Below, one piece after another: positions 13,503-23,697 of a DNA stretch of 64,000 nucleotides. The notes below the pieces were generated by a model. It saw only the letters and a list, made by a program, of their open reading frames with translations. It had not been told where the DNA came from and did not search any database. The translations under genes and the position numbers were made by a program. The stretch's first letter is position 1. Each line of letters opens with the position of its first letter. The DNA comes from an uncultured delta proteobacterium (GTDB lineage Bacteria > Desulfobacterota > Desulfobacteria > Desulfobacterales > JAFDCJ01), in assembly GCA_963769935.1 (NCBI GenBank), contig CAVYNY010000033.1, forward strand, positions 1-64,000, in the 5' to 3' direction.

Positions 13503-14494
13503 GGTACGGTTCTCAAAACGGTTGTTTTCAATAAGATTTCCAGTCCGAGCAGGATCAGGGCCGGTATCAGAAAATACGGATAGAGCTCACGGAAATGGAA
13601 AAAGTCTTTGACTTTGACCTCGGTTTTTTCTGCATGATCGATGATATCGTAGATTTCCTCAAGGCCCGCGGTATCCGTAGCCCGGAAGTATTTGCCGCCG
13701 CCGATGGCGGCGATCTTTTTTAACGTGGCTTCATCCAGATCCACCTGGCGATGAACAATCTGCGTTCCGAACAGCGATTGAACCTGAAAAGGCGCCGGCC
13801 CCCGGCCGCCGACGCCGATGGTGTATATTTTGACTCCCAGGGCCCGCACCGCTTCGGCCGCCTGTTCGGGTGTCAAGTCTCCGGCATTGTGCCGGCCGTC
13901 GGTCAGCAGGATCAAAATTTTGGACGGCGCCTTTAAATCCTTCAAGCGCTTGCCGCCGATCGCCAGCGCAGAGCCGATGGCGGTGCGGTCGCCGGCCATG
14001 CCGATGGTCATCTTTTCCACCAGACCCAGCAGCAGACCCTTGTCCAATGTCAGCGGCGCCTGGGTAAAGGCTTCTTCACCGAATACCACCAGGCCGATCC
14101 GGTCGACTTCTCTTTTTTTTATGAATTCGCTGACGACTTTTTTAACCGCTGTCAGCCGGGACACCGGCTTGCCATTCAGTTTAAAATCAAGGGCCTGCAT
14201 CGAACCGGAGGTATCCAGGCACATGATAATGTCCACCCCGGGGGATCGGATTTCATGCGCAACATTGTAAAGCTGCGGCCGCGCAGCCGTTAGGATCAAC
14301 AAAATGAGACAGCCTGCCCGCACCGCCGGCAGGATGTACTGCCGCCTGCCGCTGCTCCTGCCGGCCAGCTCGGCCAGTCGGGCGGTTATGGAATGGGTGA
14401 TGCCGGCCGGTTTTTTCCAGAACGTATAAAGCACCCAGCCGACCACCCCGGTCAGCAGGACAAAAAATACCGGGTAGGCGAAGCGGAACATCAT
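13499..14494 (-). CDS. batA: BatA family vWA protein
   Basis: AARPQ, MIDAS DTSGSM, TAIGSAL, LLTDG, IYTIGVG, C-terminal TM. Confidence 0.88.
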   Translation of the reverse strand: MMFRFAYPVFFVLLTGVVGWVLYTFWKKPAGITHSITARLAELAGRSSGRRQYILPAVRAGCLILLILTAARPQLYNVAHEIRSPGVDIIMCLDTSGSMQALDFKLNGKPVSRLTAVKKVVSEFIKKREVDRIGLVVFGEEAFTQAPLTLDKGLLLGLVEKMTIGMAGDRTAIGSALAIGGKRLKDLKAPSKILILLTDGRHNAGDLTPEQAAEAVRALGVKIYTIGVGGRGPAPFQVQSLFGTQIVHRQVDLDEATLKKIAAIGGGKYFRATDTAGLEEIYDIIDHAEKTEVKVKDFFHFRELYPYFLIPALILLGLEILLKTTVLRTVP

Positions 14495-15453
14495 GGCTGC
14501 ACCTCCGGGCGGCGCCCGTCGGCCGGCACGCTTTCCAACGCCGGACCGGTTTCCCGGATGTAGGCCAGCGCGGCTTGGATATCTTCTTCTTTGCGGGTGG
14601 GGGTCGGCACGGCGTCCGCAAACTTCACCAGGTCGGCCCGCTGCAGGAGGGGCAAAAGTTGGCGGTCCTGCTCCGATCGAATGTGCTGCGCAATTTCTTC
14701 GGTCGTGTACTCAGCCGCCGGAAAATGGCGAATCGATTCCAGGTAGCGCCTTAAAATCTCGGAAAAAACAAAATAATACTTTTTTACCATGCCTTTTTCA
14801 AAATATCCTTGGGTTTCCAGCTGCTCGATGGCGCGGCGGGCCCACTCCTGGGGCGCCTCCCCGGCCGCCGGTGCAATTGCCGCCGACCGTCTTTTTTTGT
14901 ACCACCGGAACAGGCCGAGTCCGATCAGAGCAACGGCCGCCAGTATCGCCGCCCACAACAGAAAGCTGCGCCACATTGACTTGGCGGCCATAATATCTGA
15001 GATGGGGCGCAGCCGGGCCGCTTCCGGTTTTGGGCCGAGATTGGATTCGACCTGCAGTGCGACCGGATCGGCCGTCAGAACCTGGGGGCGGTCTTCTGAA
15101 TCCAGATATTCCAAGCGAATGGGCTCCGATCGCCACGGACCCACCTGATCCACCAGCAACTGGATCCGGATCTGCCGGGGGTTTATGATCTGCTTTAAAA
15201 CGGTCAGACCATCCAGCCCTTTGACGGCCGGTTTTTCCGGCAGACGGCCGCCCTCCGGCAGACGGTAGTCCAGGGCGAGCCAGACAACCCCGCCGACCGG
15301 AACCGATGCCTGATCCAAGCTGGCGGCCAGGGAACCGCCTTTTTTAATCGTTTCGGATGCTCCCGACATTCCATAACTGATGAGCAGAAACAGCAATATC
15401 AAAGTCGGAATGCAATTTAATTTAAGCTTTTTATTTTTCGTATGAAAATTCAT
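14491..15453 (-). CDS. bat-operon membrane protein (exported Ig-like domain, TM helix, helical C-terminus)
   Basis: Signal peptide, TM, then YYFVFSEILRRYLE..TTEEI..ADLVKFA, typical of the gene between DUF58 and batA. Confidence 0.7.
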   Translation of the reverse strand: MNFHTKNKKLKLNCIPTLILLFLLISYGMSGASETIKKGGSLAASLDQASVPVGGVVWLALDYRLPEGGRLPEKPAVKGLDGLTVLKQIINPRQIRIQLLVDQVGPWRSEPIRLEYLDSEDRPQVLTADPVALQVESNLGPKPEAARLRPISDIMAAKSMWRSFLLWAAILAAVALIGLGLFRWYKKRRSAAIAPAAGEAPQEWARRAIEQLETQGYFEKGMVKKYYFVFSEILRRYLESIRHFPAAEYTTEEIAQHIRSEQDRQLLPLLQRADLVKFADAVPTPTRKEEDIQAALAYIRETGPALESVPADGRRPEVQP

Positions 15454-15489
15454 CTGATCGATGGTTGTTTTTAAGTTGAAGTTCGCACC

Positions 15490-15566
15490 TTGTGGGAGTG
15501 GTTTCCAACCACGATTTTAGATGGCGGCCCATCCGAGTTCATCGCGGTTGGAAACCGCTCCCACAA
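15490..15566. repeat. REP/REPIN-like inverted pair (GTGGGAG type)
   Basis: TTGTGGGAGTGGTTTCCAACCACGAT ... ATCGCGGTTGGAAACCGCTCCCACAA, a near-perfect inverted repeat in an intergenic position. Confidence 0.75.
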
Positions 15567-15639
15567 TATCTTTAAATGATGTTTAGGTACCTTTTTACTA
15601 TTCGCTATGAGCTGCGAGCTTTATTTCCGACTACCGATT

Positions 15640-16515
15640 TCATTTCTTTTTCCTCCGGCGATCGAAAAGTCGCGTCAAAGGCTCAACCACGGAACCGTTG
15701 GTATAGATGGGCACCAAATCCACCCCGGCCTTGCGCAGGAGCACGCTCAATTCAGCCGTGTGCTGCCCGTGATAATCCGACCATTTTTGCCTCAGTGTTT
15801 TGCGGCGCGTGTTAAACGTGACGAGTCGCCCGGTCTCCGGGTCCTGCAGGGTCATCAATCCCAGATCGGGCAGATCGTCTTCGGCCGGGTCACAAATGCG
15901 AATCACGGTAAGGTCGTGTTTTCGGGCGGTCAGATTCAAGGAGCGGTCAAAATCCGTATCCATGCAGTCTGAGATTAAAAAGACGATCGCATGCCGCTTG
16001 ACGATTCGATTGAGGTAATTGAGCGCCCCGTCGATATTGGTGGTCAACTTTTGGGGCTCATAGGTAAAGATTTCTTTGATCAGCCGCCAGACATGGGAGG
16101 CACCCTTGCGGGGCGGGATGTATTTTTCGACCTGGGAGCTGAATAAGATGGCACCCACTTTATCATTGGTGCGGATGGCCAAAAATGCCAGCATCCCGGC
16201 AATTTCAGCCAGAAGTTCTCTTTTGAATTTGCTTTTGGTGCCGAATAGATGCGAGCCGGACAAATCCAGCAAAAGCATCACGGTAAGCTCCCTTTCCTCG
16301 TGAAAAACCTTCACAAAAGGATGCCCGAAGCGCGCCGAAACGTTCCAGTCGATGCTGCGGATATCATCGCCGGGTTGGTATTCGCGCACTTCAGCAAATT
16401 CCATCCCCCGGCCTTTGAAGGCACTTTCATACTGGCCGGCAAACAGGTCGCTGGCCAGGTATCGAGTCCTGAAATGAAATCCCTGAATTTTTTTATACAG
16501 TTCCTCGGAAAGCAT
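15640..16515 (-). CDS. DUF58 domain protein
   Basis: GMEFAEVREYQPGDDIRSIDWNVSAR, LLDLSGS, FLISD. Confidence 0.9.
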   Translation of the reverse strand: MLSEELYKKIQGFHFRTRYLASDLFAGQYESAFKGRGMEFAEVREYQPGDDIRSIDWNVSARFGHPFVKVFHEERELTVMLLLDLSGSHLFGTKSKFKRELLAEIAGMLAFLAIRTNDKVGAILFSSQVEKYIPPRKGASHVWRLIKEIFTYEPQKLTTNIDGALNYLNRIVKRHAIVFLISDCMDTDFDRSLNLTARKHDLTVIRICDPAEDDLPDLGLMTLQDPETGRLVTFNTRRKTLRQKWSDYHGQHTAELSVLLRKAGVDLVPIYTNGSVVEPLTRLFDRRRKKK

Positions 16516-16519
16516 CCTT

Positions 16520-17500
16520 TTACGGTACCTCAATCCGCTCCAATATTACGGCAATCAGATCATCGGTGGTTTTGCCTTCGGCCTCGGCTTCATAGCTCAG
16601 GATGATCCGATGCCGCATCACATCCGGCGCCATGGATTTTACATCCTGGGGTGTGACATACCCGCGGCCATTCAGGAAGGCATGGGCCCGGGCCGCCATT
16701 CCCAGCCAGATGGAGGCCCGGGGTGACGCACCGTAGCTGATCAGGGAGCCGATTTTCAGCCCGAAATTGTCAGGATTGCGGGTGGCAGCCGTCAGCCGTA
16801 CAATATAATCCAGGATTTTTTCTTCCATGTGAATGGTGCGCATAACCGCTTTGGCGGATTCGATATCGGAAATTCCCACCACCCCCGAAATTTTATCGGC
16901 CGCGGCGGCGTAAACCCGCTGCATGATTTCTTTTTCCTCCTCGGCGGTCGGATAATCGACTTTAATCTTCAGCATAAACCGGTCGATCTGAGCTTCGGGC
17001 AGGGGGTAGGTGCCTTCCTGCTCAATTGGATTCTGAGTGGCCAGCACCAGAAACGGATTTGCCAGGAAAAAGGTCTCCTCGCCGATGGTTACCTGGCGCT
17101 CCTGCATCGCTTCCAGAAGAGCGCTTTGAACCTTGGCCGGCGCCCGGTTGATTTCATCGGCCAGGATGATATTGTGAAAGATAGGGCCTTTTTTGATCTC
17201 AAAGGCACCGTTGTGCGGCCGGTAAATTTGGGTGCCGAGTATATCCGCCGGCAGGAGATCCGGCGTAAACTGGATCCGTTGAAATGATGTCCGAATGGCG
17301 GTGGCCAGGGTTTTGACCGCTGTGGTTTTGGCCAGTCCGGGCAGTCCTTCCAGCAGCAGATGCCCGTCGCAAAGAAGCCCGATCAGCATGCGATCCAACA
17401 GTGTTCTCTGACCAACAATGATTTTTTCGACTTCGGCCATGATCTGACGCAACACCAGGCCTTCTTTTTCAATATTGCGCGTGATTTCCTGGATATCCAT
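16520..17500 (-). CDS. moxR: MoxR family AAA+ ATPase
   Basis: [68 protein letters not shown]. Confidence 0.95.
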   Translation of the reverse strand: MDIQEITRNIEKEGLVLRQIMAEVEKIIVGQRTLLDRMLIGLLCDGHLLLEGLPGLAKTTAVKTLATAIRTSFQRIQFTPDLLPADILGTQIYRPHNGAFEIKKGPIFHNIILADEINRAPAKVQSALLEAMQERQVTIGEETFFLANPFLVLATQNPIEQEGTYPLPEAQIDRFMLKIKVDYPTAEEEKEIMQRVYAAAADKISGVVGISDIESAKAVMRTIHMEEKILDYIVRLTAATRNPDNFGLKIGSLISYGASPRASIWLGMAARAHAFLNGRGYVTPQDVKSMAPDVMRHRIILSYEAEAEGKTTDDLIAVILERIEVP

Positions 17501-17559
17501 AGATTGCGATTCTCCGATATTTAATGGTTAAAATTTCGGGTGTCGGCGTTGCGGGTTGC

Positions 17560-17848
17560 CGGATACTCGATACTGGATACTGGATACTGGATGCCGGCAG
17601 GCCTGAAGGCTGGGAAGCTGGGAAGCCGGGAGGTTGGGAAGTTGAGAAGTTGGGAGGTTGAGATTGTGCCTCCAACCTCTAACCTCAAACCTCCTACATC
17701 AGTTCCGCGCTCCGTGAGCCCAACACCCAATGCCTTGCGCCTTCCGCCGTGAGCCTTTGCCCTTTTTCCTTTAAGCTTCAGCCTTTTTCCTTTAGCCTTT
17801 AACCTACCACTTTTCAAGCCTACCAGCTTTCCAGCATCCAGTATCGTA
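17560..17848. repeat. Nested inverted 7/8-mer microsatellite element, copy 1
   Basis: (GATACTG)n and (GGGAAGCT/GAGAAGTT)n on the left, complementary (CCTTTT..)n and CCAGCATCCAGTATCG on the right; core GTGCCTCCAACCTCTAACCTC is shared with 20740-20830 (reverse) and 23500-23620. Confidence 0.75.
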
Positions 17849-17850
17849 TA

Positions 17851-17930
17851 ATTGTAAAAAATCTCGCTAGGATGTCAAGCACTGTCTGATGGTGAAGCTG
17901 CTTGCCAATTTCCTGGCCCAGTATTATCCT
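17851..17930. promoter_or_regulatory. Back-to-back sigma70-type promoters for the two MoxR operons
   Basis: Minus strand TTGACA(17878-17873)-16 nt-TACAAT(17856-17851); plus strand TTGCCA(17902-17907)-17 nt-TATCCT(17925-17930), 6 nt before ATG 17937. Confidence 0.5.
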
Positions 17931-17936
17931 GTCATT

Positions 17937-19877
17937 ATGAAACGTTGGCCCAGAAATACATTTTTAGTTCTGGCGCTGACGGTCGCCGGCCTCCCGTCGC
18001 CCGCCGCGTCGGCGGTATTTTCGCTGGATTGTACGGTGGGGTTTAACGGACATTACCAGCTTAAACACTGGTCGCCCTTGAGCGTTGTGGTTGAAAACAG
18101 AGGCCCGGCGGTGCGCGGGAAATTAGAGGTGGTCGCAACCTCCGGCAGTGAGTACCTGGGGGACGTATACCAGTCGGTCTATGCAACGGATGCCGACCTG
18201 CCGCCCGATTCAGTGAAACGGTATCAGTTTACGGTCACAATCAAATCATTTACCCATGATTTGGTCATTCGGATTCGGCAAAACAACAAGATCATTTTTT
18301 CCAAATCAGTGAATCTCCGATCCCATTTTACCGAAAAAAGCCTGGCGGTTGTCGTGGATGATTTTGTTGCGCCGGACATCCTGTCGGTGTTGCCGGATCA
18401 GCTGCAGCCGGTCAATGTCCGCCCGAAATTCCTGCCGGAAACCTGGTACGGCTACGACAGCGTAAAATTGCTCATTATGGGGGCCGGCCCTATCCGGCAG
18501 CTGACAGAAAAACAGTTTCAGGCCTTGCGCCGCTGGTTGCAGCAGGGTGGCTACCTGGTTATTGCGAGCGGTCTCAACTACGGTTCACTGAGTGAAAAAA
18601 GGATACAGGCTATACTGCCGATCAGGGTAAACGGCTATCAACGGCTGTTTGACCTGAAATCGCTGGAGCATTTCTGCAGCCGGCCCCTTACCGCCGTCGA
18701 ACCGTTTCTCGTTTTGGATGCCGGAATTGCCGATTCCACCATCCTGCTGAAAGAAAATGACATTCCCATCATTACCCGCAAAAACCTTGGTTCCGGCCGG
18801 ATCGTTTTTCTGTCATTTGACGTCAATGCTCCGCCGTTCAGTCAATGGGAAGGCCGGCCGGTGTTCTGGGACAAAATCCTGTCGCTGGGATCGGTGACCG
18901 CCGGACCGGTGCTGGAACTGGACGATCAAAAGATATTGGATTCCATGCTGGCGGGCATGCCGCTCAAATTCCCGGATTTTAAATGGGGGCTAATTTTTAT
19001 AGCCGGCTATCTCATTTTCCTGAGGGTTTTGCTGAAGAAAATCGGCAAACCCGGCCGGCAGCGGTGGCGCTACAGCCTTGGCCTGCTGGCGATGATCATC
19101 CTTTTTGCTGTAATCGGTTATCGGGGCTTTTATTCCCCCAACCTGAGCCAAAAGCTGACCTACAGCACGTTTTGCCAATTAGAGGTGTCCGGCGCAGATG
19201 TCCCGGCCTATGCCGGCGTTATCATCGGTGTTTATGCACTGCAAAAATCAGCGTACGCACTAAATTTCGGGTCGGAGGCCGATCCCGTCCGCCCCCTTTT
19301 ATCTCAACACTCGCGGACCAAAGTACCGAACCCGTATGTATTGCAGGGGGATGACCGCGGCCAGCAGATTACCGGCTCCCTTGACCGCTGGTCGCACAAT
19401 TTCTATCGGCTTAAGCTCAATTTTGATTCTCCTCTGACAGGCTACGCCCGGCAGGATAATTCATTTCTGACGTTGAAGGTGGAAAATAGCCTGCCCGACA
19501 ATTTGGTCGACTGCCTGGTCTACTATAAACGGCGTTTTGTATTTGTCGACGATATTTTGGCCAATACGCAGCAGGTATTAAAACTGAGCCTGGGGGAATT
19601 GAAGGCAACGGAATTTTTCAACGACCAGGAAGTGGAAAAGATGGCACGGCAGTTGGACGAGCGGGACGGCAGCGCCTTTCTCAGATCAGCCCGAACGAAT
19701 CTCGTAAGAGACCTCATGCTTGAAATTCATAAAAAATACCGCTCGAAGGCCGGCAGCATGATTCTGATCGGGTGGATGCCGGCCGGTTTGATCCAACCGG
19801 AATTCGTTCCGTCCGGTCCGCGGGGCGCCGGCCTTACGCTGGTCTGCTGGCAGGTGCCGGTGGAGACGGCTTCATGA
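17937..19877 (+). CDS. Exported/membrane protein with probable glutamine-amidotransferase-like domain
   Basis: Signal peptide, WSPLSVVVEN, ALRRWLQQGGYLVI, LGSGRIVFL, two central TM helices; first gene of the second MoxR operon. Confidence 0.65.
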   Translation: MKRWPRNTFLVLALTVAGLPSPAASAVFSLDCTVGFNGHYQLKHWSPLSVVVENRGPAVRGKLEVVATSGSEYLGDVYQSVYATDADLPPDSVKRYQFTVTIKSFTHDLVIRIRQNNKIIFSKSVNLRSHFTEKSLAVVVDDFVAPDILSVLPDQLQPVNVRPKFLPETWYGYDSVKLLIMGAGPIRQLTEKQFQALRRWLQQGGYLVIASGLNYGSLSEKRIQAILPIRVNGYQRLFDLKSLEHFCSRPLTAVEPFLVLDAGIADSTILLKENDIPIITRKNLGSGRIVFLSFDVNAPPFSQWEGRPVFWDKILSLGSVTAGPVLELDDQKILDSMLAGMPLKFPDFKWGLIFIAGYLIFLRVLLKKIGKPGRQRWRYSLGLLAMIILFAVIGYRGFYSPNLSQKLTYSTFCQLEVSGADVPAYAGVIIGVYALQKSAYALNFGSEADPVRPLLSQHSRTKVPNPYVLQGDDRGQQITGSLDRWSHNFYRLKLNFDSPLTGYARQDNSFLTLKVENSLPDNLVDCLVYYKRRFVFVDDILANTQQVLKLSLGELKATEFFNDQEVEKMARQLDERDGSAFLRSARTNLVRDLMLEIHKKYRSKAGSMILIGWMPAGLIQPEFVPSGPRGAGLTLVCWQVPVETAS

Positions 19878-20644
19878 AGTATTATTTTTTAACAGACGAG
19901 TCGGAAAGATCCCTGGCGCCATTTTTTTCACAGCAAGTGCTTTCCGCCGGCCTGGCCGGCGCTGTAATTGTCGGGATTATTTTGCTTATCTACTGGCCCC
20001 GCCAACCGCTTTCCGACATCATGCTGACCGGCAGTGAGCCTGCCGTATTCTTTCTTGTTTTTGCGGCAGCCCTGACCGTAAACGCCTATATCAATCTTTG
20101 CTGCGGTGCCGGGGATATGGTTCGAAAAGGCTCCTACATCATAAATTATGGAACCGATCAACCCACCTATGAGCAGCAAATCGGCTTTTATCGCTACGGC
20201 CTGATCGAATTTTTATTGCATGCCCTCGTGCTGCTGCAGCTTTTTATGCCGCTGCTGGCCCTGGCGGCTTTCATTTCAGCCGTTTCCTGGACGGCGTTTT
20301 TAATGGCGGTCGCCATCGTGTACAGTGCCTCCCTGTTTTGTCGATTATCCGGATTCATGGTGTACTTATTTTGGGGCAGGTCCAGCACCCTCGGTTATCT
20401 TGCCGCCAGGGCGACAATGATATTTTTCGTCTTCATAACGGTTATATTTGCCCCGCGGGTCAATCCGCTGTATCTTCTATACCGGTTGAATCAAAGCACC
20501 GACGGCACCGCCCACCTCTTTGCTTATTATATGACGGTTGTGACGTCGGCGATGCTTGTGCTTATAATCGTCAATAACGCTTTGGTCAGGCATTATATAA
20601 ACAAGAGCAGGGTTCAGGGTTTAAGGTTAAAGGTGGAAGGATAA
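19874..20644 (+). CDS. Polytopic membrane protein
   Basis: About six hydrophobic helices; ATGA overlap with the upstream stop. Confidence 0.65.
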   Translation: MKYYFLTDESERSLAPFFSQQVLSAGLAGAVIVGIILLIYWPRQPLSDIMLTGSEPAVFFLVFAAALTVNAYINLCCGAGDMVRKGSYIINYGTDQPTYEQQIGFYRYGLIEFLLHALVLLQLFMPLLALAAFISAVSWTAFLMAVAIVYSASLFCRLSGFMVYLFWGRSSTLGYLAARATMIFFVFITVIFAPRVNPLYLLYRLNQSTDGTAHLFAYYMTVVTSAMLVLIIVNNALVRHYINKSRVQGLRLKVEG

Positions 20645-20870
20645 AAGCTCATAGCTCATAGCTGATAGTTGATAGGTTAAAGGAGATCGCGCCAGGCCAA
20701 AGGCTAAAGGTAAAAGGACAAAGGTTTACGGAACACGGTATTGATGTTGAAGGTTGGAGGTTAGAGGTTGGAGGCACCATCTCAATCTCCCAACTTCTCA
20801 ACTTCTCAACTTCCCAGCTTCCCAGCCTTCTGGCCTCCCAGCTTCCGTGCACGATAACCCTGAACCTTTC
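20605..20870. repeat. Nested inverted microsatellite element, copy 2 (reverse orientation)
   Basis: Reverse complement of 20740-20830 matches 17606-17700; outer arms CAGGGTTCAGGGTTTA and AACCCTGAACC. Confidence 0.7.
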
Positions 20871-20893
20871 AAACCCCTTCGGGAGACCATGAC

Positions 20894-22392
20894 GTGAATG
20901 CCGAAATCGCGTTTATCAGTCAGATCGCAAAAGTAAAGCGGCGGGTGGCCGTCACGGCCGCCCACGACCTGCTGCTGAATGCCGCGTTGATATTTCTGGC
21001 CCTCCAGCTTATTGCATTGATTGCCGCAATGATCGGCTTAACGGATGCAGGGGCGCAGGGCGCTTGGTTTATGGTTTCAATCGGCATCTCCTTATCGGCA
21101 GCCGGTTTAATCGTTTTTGCGACGAGAAGAAATTTTTTGCATGTTCTGGTCGACATCGACCGGCGCTTAAAACTGCAGGACCGACTCAGCACGGCTTATG
21201 AGTATCTCAGGTTTAAAAAAGATGCCGAATTTGCGGAGTTATTGATGCTGGATGCCGCCGCCGCACTGCGCCGGCTGAATGGCAGGCAGCTGCTGCCGGC
21301 TGGATTCTCGTGGCGGCATTTAACTTTTATCATTTTGCTGCCGGCCGCCACGGCGCTTTATATGACGGATTATCCGGTATCACGTTTAAAATCAGCGCAC
21401 TTAGAACCAAAAGCAATCGAGCAGGCCCGCGCATTGCTGCAAAATTACACCTTCAGTCGCATTGAAAACCAGGCCGGTCCCCAAACCGGACGCCCGGCGG
21501 CATTTTCCAGGAAATTGGAACAACTCGGCAACCAGCTTGATGACCGGTCCCTGACCTCCGAACAGCGCTTGGCGGCCCTGGCCGACACCTTAAACGAAGT
21601 TCAGGCCGAACGGAAACGTCTGGCAGAGGCGCTTGAAACCAGACTGAAGGCGGCCGGCATCCAAGGGCTGCCCGTCAAGCAAATTCCCGCACCGGAAAAT
21701 TTGCCGCCGGACCAGGCGGCGAAGTTCAAAGCGCTTTTGAACAGGGCCTTGAACAGCCGGATCCCCGATGCCGTTAACGAGGATATTGGATCCCTTGAAA
21801 ACCTGGAAAGCATTGCCAAGGTTCTTTCACGCCTCAAGGATGATACCCGGAAAGACCGGTCTGAAATTGCCGAATCGGCGGCACCCGCCGACAATGAGAT
21901 TCAGACGTCGCAATCCGCCGGCGGGCCGGACAAGGACCGCGGTGATCTCCTGCGGTCGATACCGGACGGGCACCATGCCGGTCCCGACCGCAGCAGCCCG
22001 GACCGGACCGGAAAGCCGGGTTCCGGTCGGCCGCAGGAAAATGACGGGGCACTTCGGGATGCGGCGGGGCAGCGGGAAGGTTTTTCTGCTTCCGCCGGCC
22101 GCGGCGAATCAGAGGGCGAAGATAAATCGAGCGCTGAAATCGAAAAATCGGCCGGGCCGGCAATGCAGGATAAAATGGCGTCATCACCGGTGAACAGTTA
22201 TCTCATCCATATTCGCGCCTTGACGGACATCAGGCGAGGCCCGCTTGAAAGAAGAAGATATTGTCCGAACATATCGCCGGGAGGTCGAAAGCATTCTCCG
22301 GAAAGAAGATATTCCCGCTAAATTATCGCGAGTATATAAAAAATTACTTTATGTCGATCGGAGTTAAATACGGAAAAGGAAAATGCCCATGA
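20894..22392 (+). CDS. Membrane-anchored coiled-coil protein associated with MoxR (frameshifts near the 3' end)
   Basis: N-terminal TMs, IDRRLKLQDRLSTA, coiled coil, Gly/Ser-rich linker; shifted frames give EDIP..NYREYIKNYF near 22310-22350. Confidence 0.65.
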
Positions 22393-23418
22393 ATTTAAAT
22401 GAAGAAGTCGAAGCCATCCGGAAAAAATTTCGAGCTGGTTGCCGGCTGAGCTGGCAAAAATCATTGTCGGGTCAGGAAATATTAATCAAACATCTTTTCA
22501 TTTGCCTGCTTTGCGGCGGCCATGCCTTGATCGAAGGCGTGCCGGGACTGGGCAAAACATTGATTGTCCGATCATTGAGCAAAATTTTGGATCTCAAGTA
22601 TTCCCGCATCCAATTTACGCCGGATCTGATGCCGGCGGATATCCTCGGCACGAACATCGTCAAGGAGGATGGTGCAGGGCAGCCGCTATTTTGAATTTTA
22701 CAAAGGGCCGATATTCGGCCAACTCATCCTGGCCGATGAAATTAACCGGGCCAGTCCCAAAACCCAGTCGGCCCTGCTGGAGGCGATGCAGGAGGAAAGC
22801 GTCACGGTATTCGGCGCGCAATATCATCTGGAGCCGCCGTTCATGGTGCTGGCAACGCAAAACCCGATCGAAATGGAAGGCACCTATCCGCTGCCCGAGG
22901 CCCAGATTGATCGATTTTTTTTCAAGCTTAAAATCAATTATCCCGATCAGAATGAACTGCGGCAAATTTTGGATAAGACCACCGAAGATTATCAATACGA
23001 ATTGAAGCGGGTCATTCGGAGCGGATTCGATTCTCAAGATGAAATCCCTGGTCAAAAAGGTGCCGATCGCCTCCCACGTAAAGGATTACGCCATCCGGCT
23101 GGTATTGGCCAGCCATCCCGACAATGCGCATGCCCCTGAGGGAATTAAGCAAATACGTCTTATGCGGTGCAAGCCCCCGAGGCGTGCAGAGCTTGATCCT
23201 GGCCGGCAAGGTATCGGCCTTGATAGACGGACGCTACAATGTCTCGAGTGGAAGACATCCGGCAGGTCGCCAGACCCGCCCTGAGGCATCGCATTGCGCT
23301 GAATATCAGAGGCGAGACCGAAGGCCTGGATGCGGATGAACTGGTGGAGGAAATAATCGGAATGACGAATGACGAAATGATGAATGGACAAAAGCTACGG
23401 ATTAGGCTGCGTAGCTGA
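22383..23418 (+). CDS. moxR: Second MoxR family AAA+ ATPase (several frameshifts)
   Basis: Fragments in alternating frames: [68 protein letters not shown]. Confidence 0.85.
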
Positions 23419-23419
23419 T

Positions 23420-23670
23420 AGGTGATAGGCTGCGAGTAAGTGCTTAAGGAAAAAGGTTAAAGGATAAAGGTCAAAGGTCAAAGGAGAAAGGCTGGAAAGC
23501 TTGAAGGCTGGGAAGTGAAAGGCTGAGAGGTTGAGAGGTGCCTCCAACCTCTGACCTCAAACCTCCAACATCAATAAGGTTCTTCGTGAGCCTAACCCCG
23601 AATGCCTTGCGCCGTGCGCCTTTTCGTTTTATTCCGCAACACGCAACACTCGGAACCTGAAACCTAATTT
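23420..23670. repeat. Nested inverted microsatellite element, copy 3
   Basis: (AAAGGT.)n, GAAGGCTGGGAAG, GTGCCTCCAACCTCTGACCTCAAACCTCC..CGTGAGCC..AATGCCTTGCGCC, colinear with 17606-17745. Confidence 0.7.
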
Positions 23671-23697
23671 TGACGATGAAACACCCGGAGCAAACCC

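Noticed and set aside
17521..17817. Short ORFs over the microsatellite elements (also 20649-20852, 24502-24940)
   Set aside because: Their low-complexity translations are by-products of 7/8-mer DNA repeats; no RBS or protein motif.
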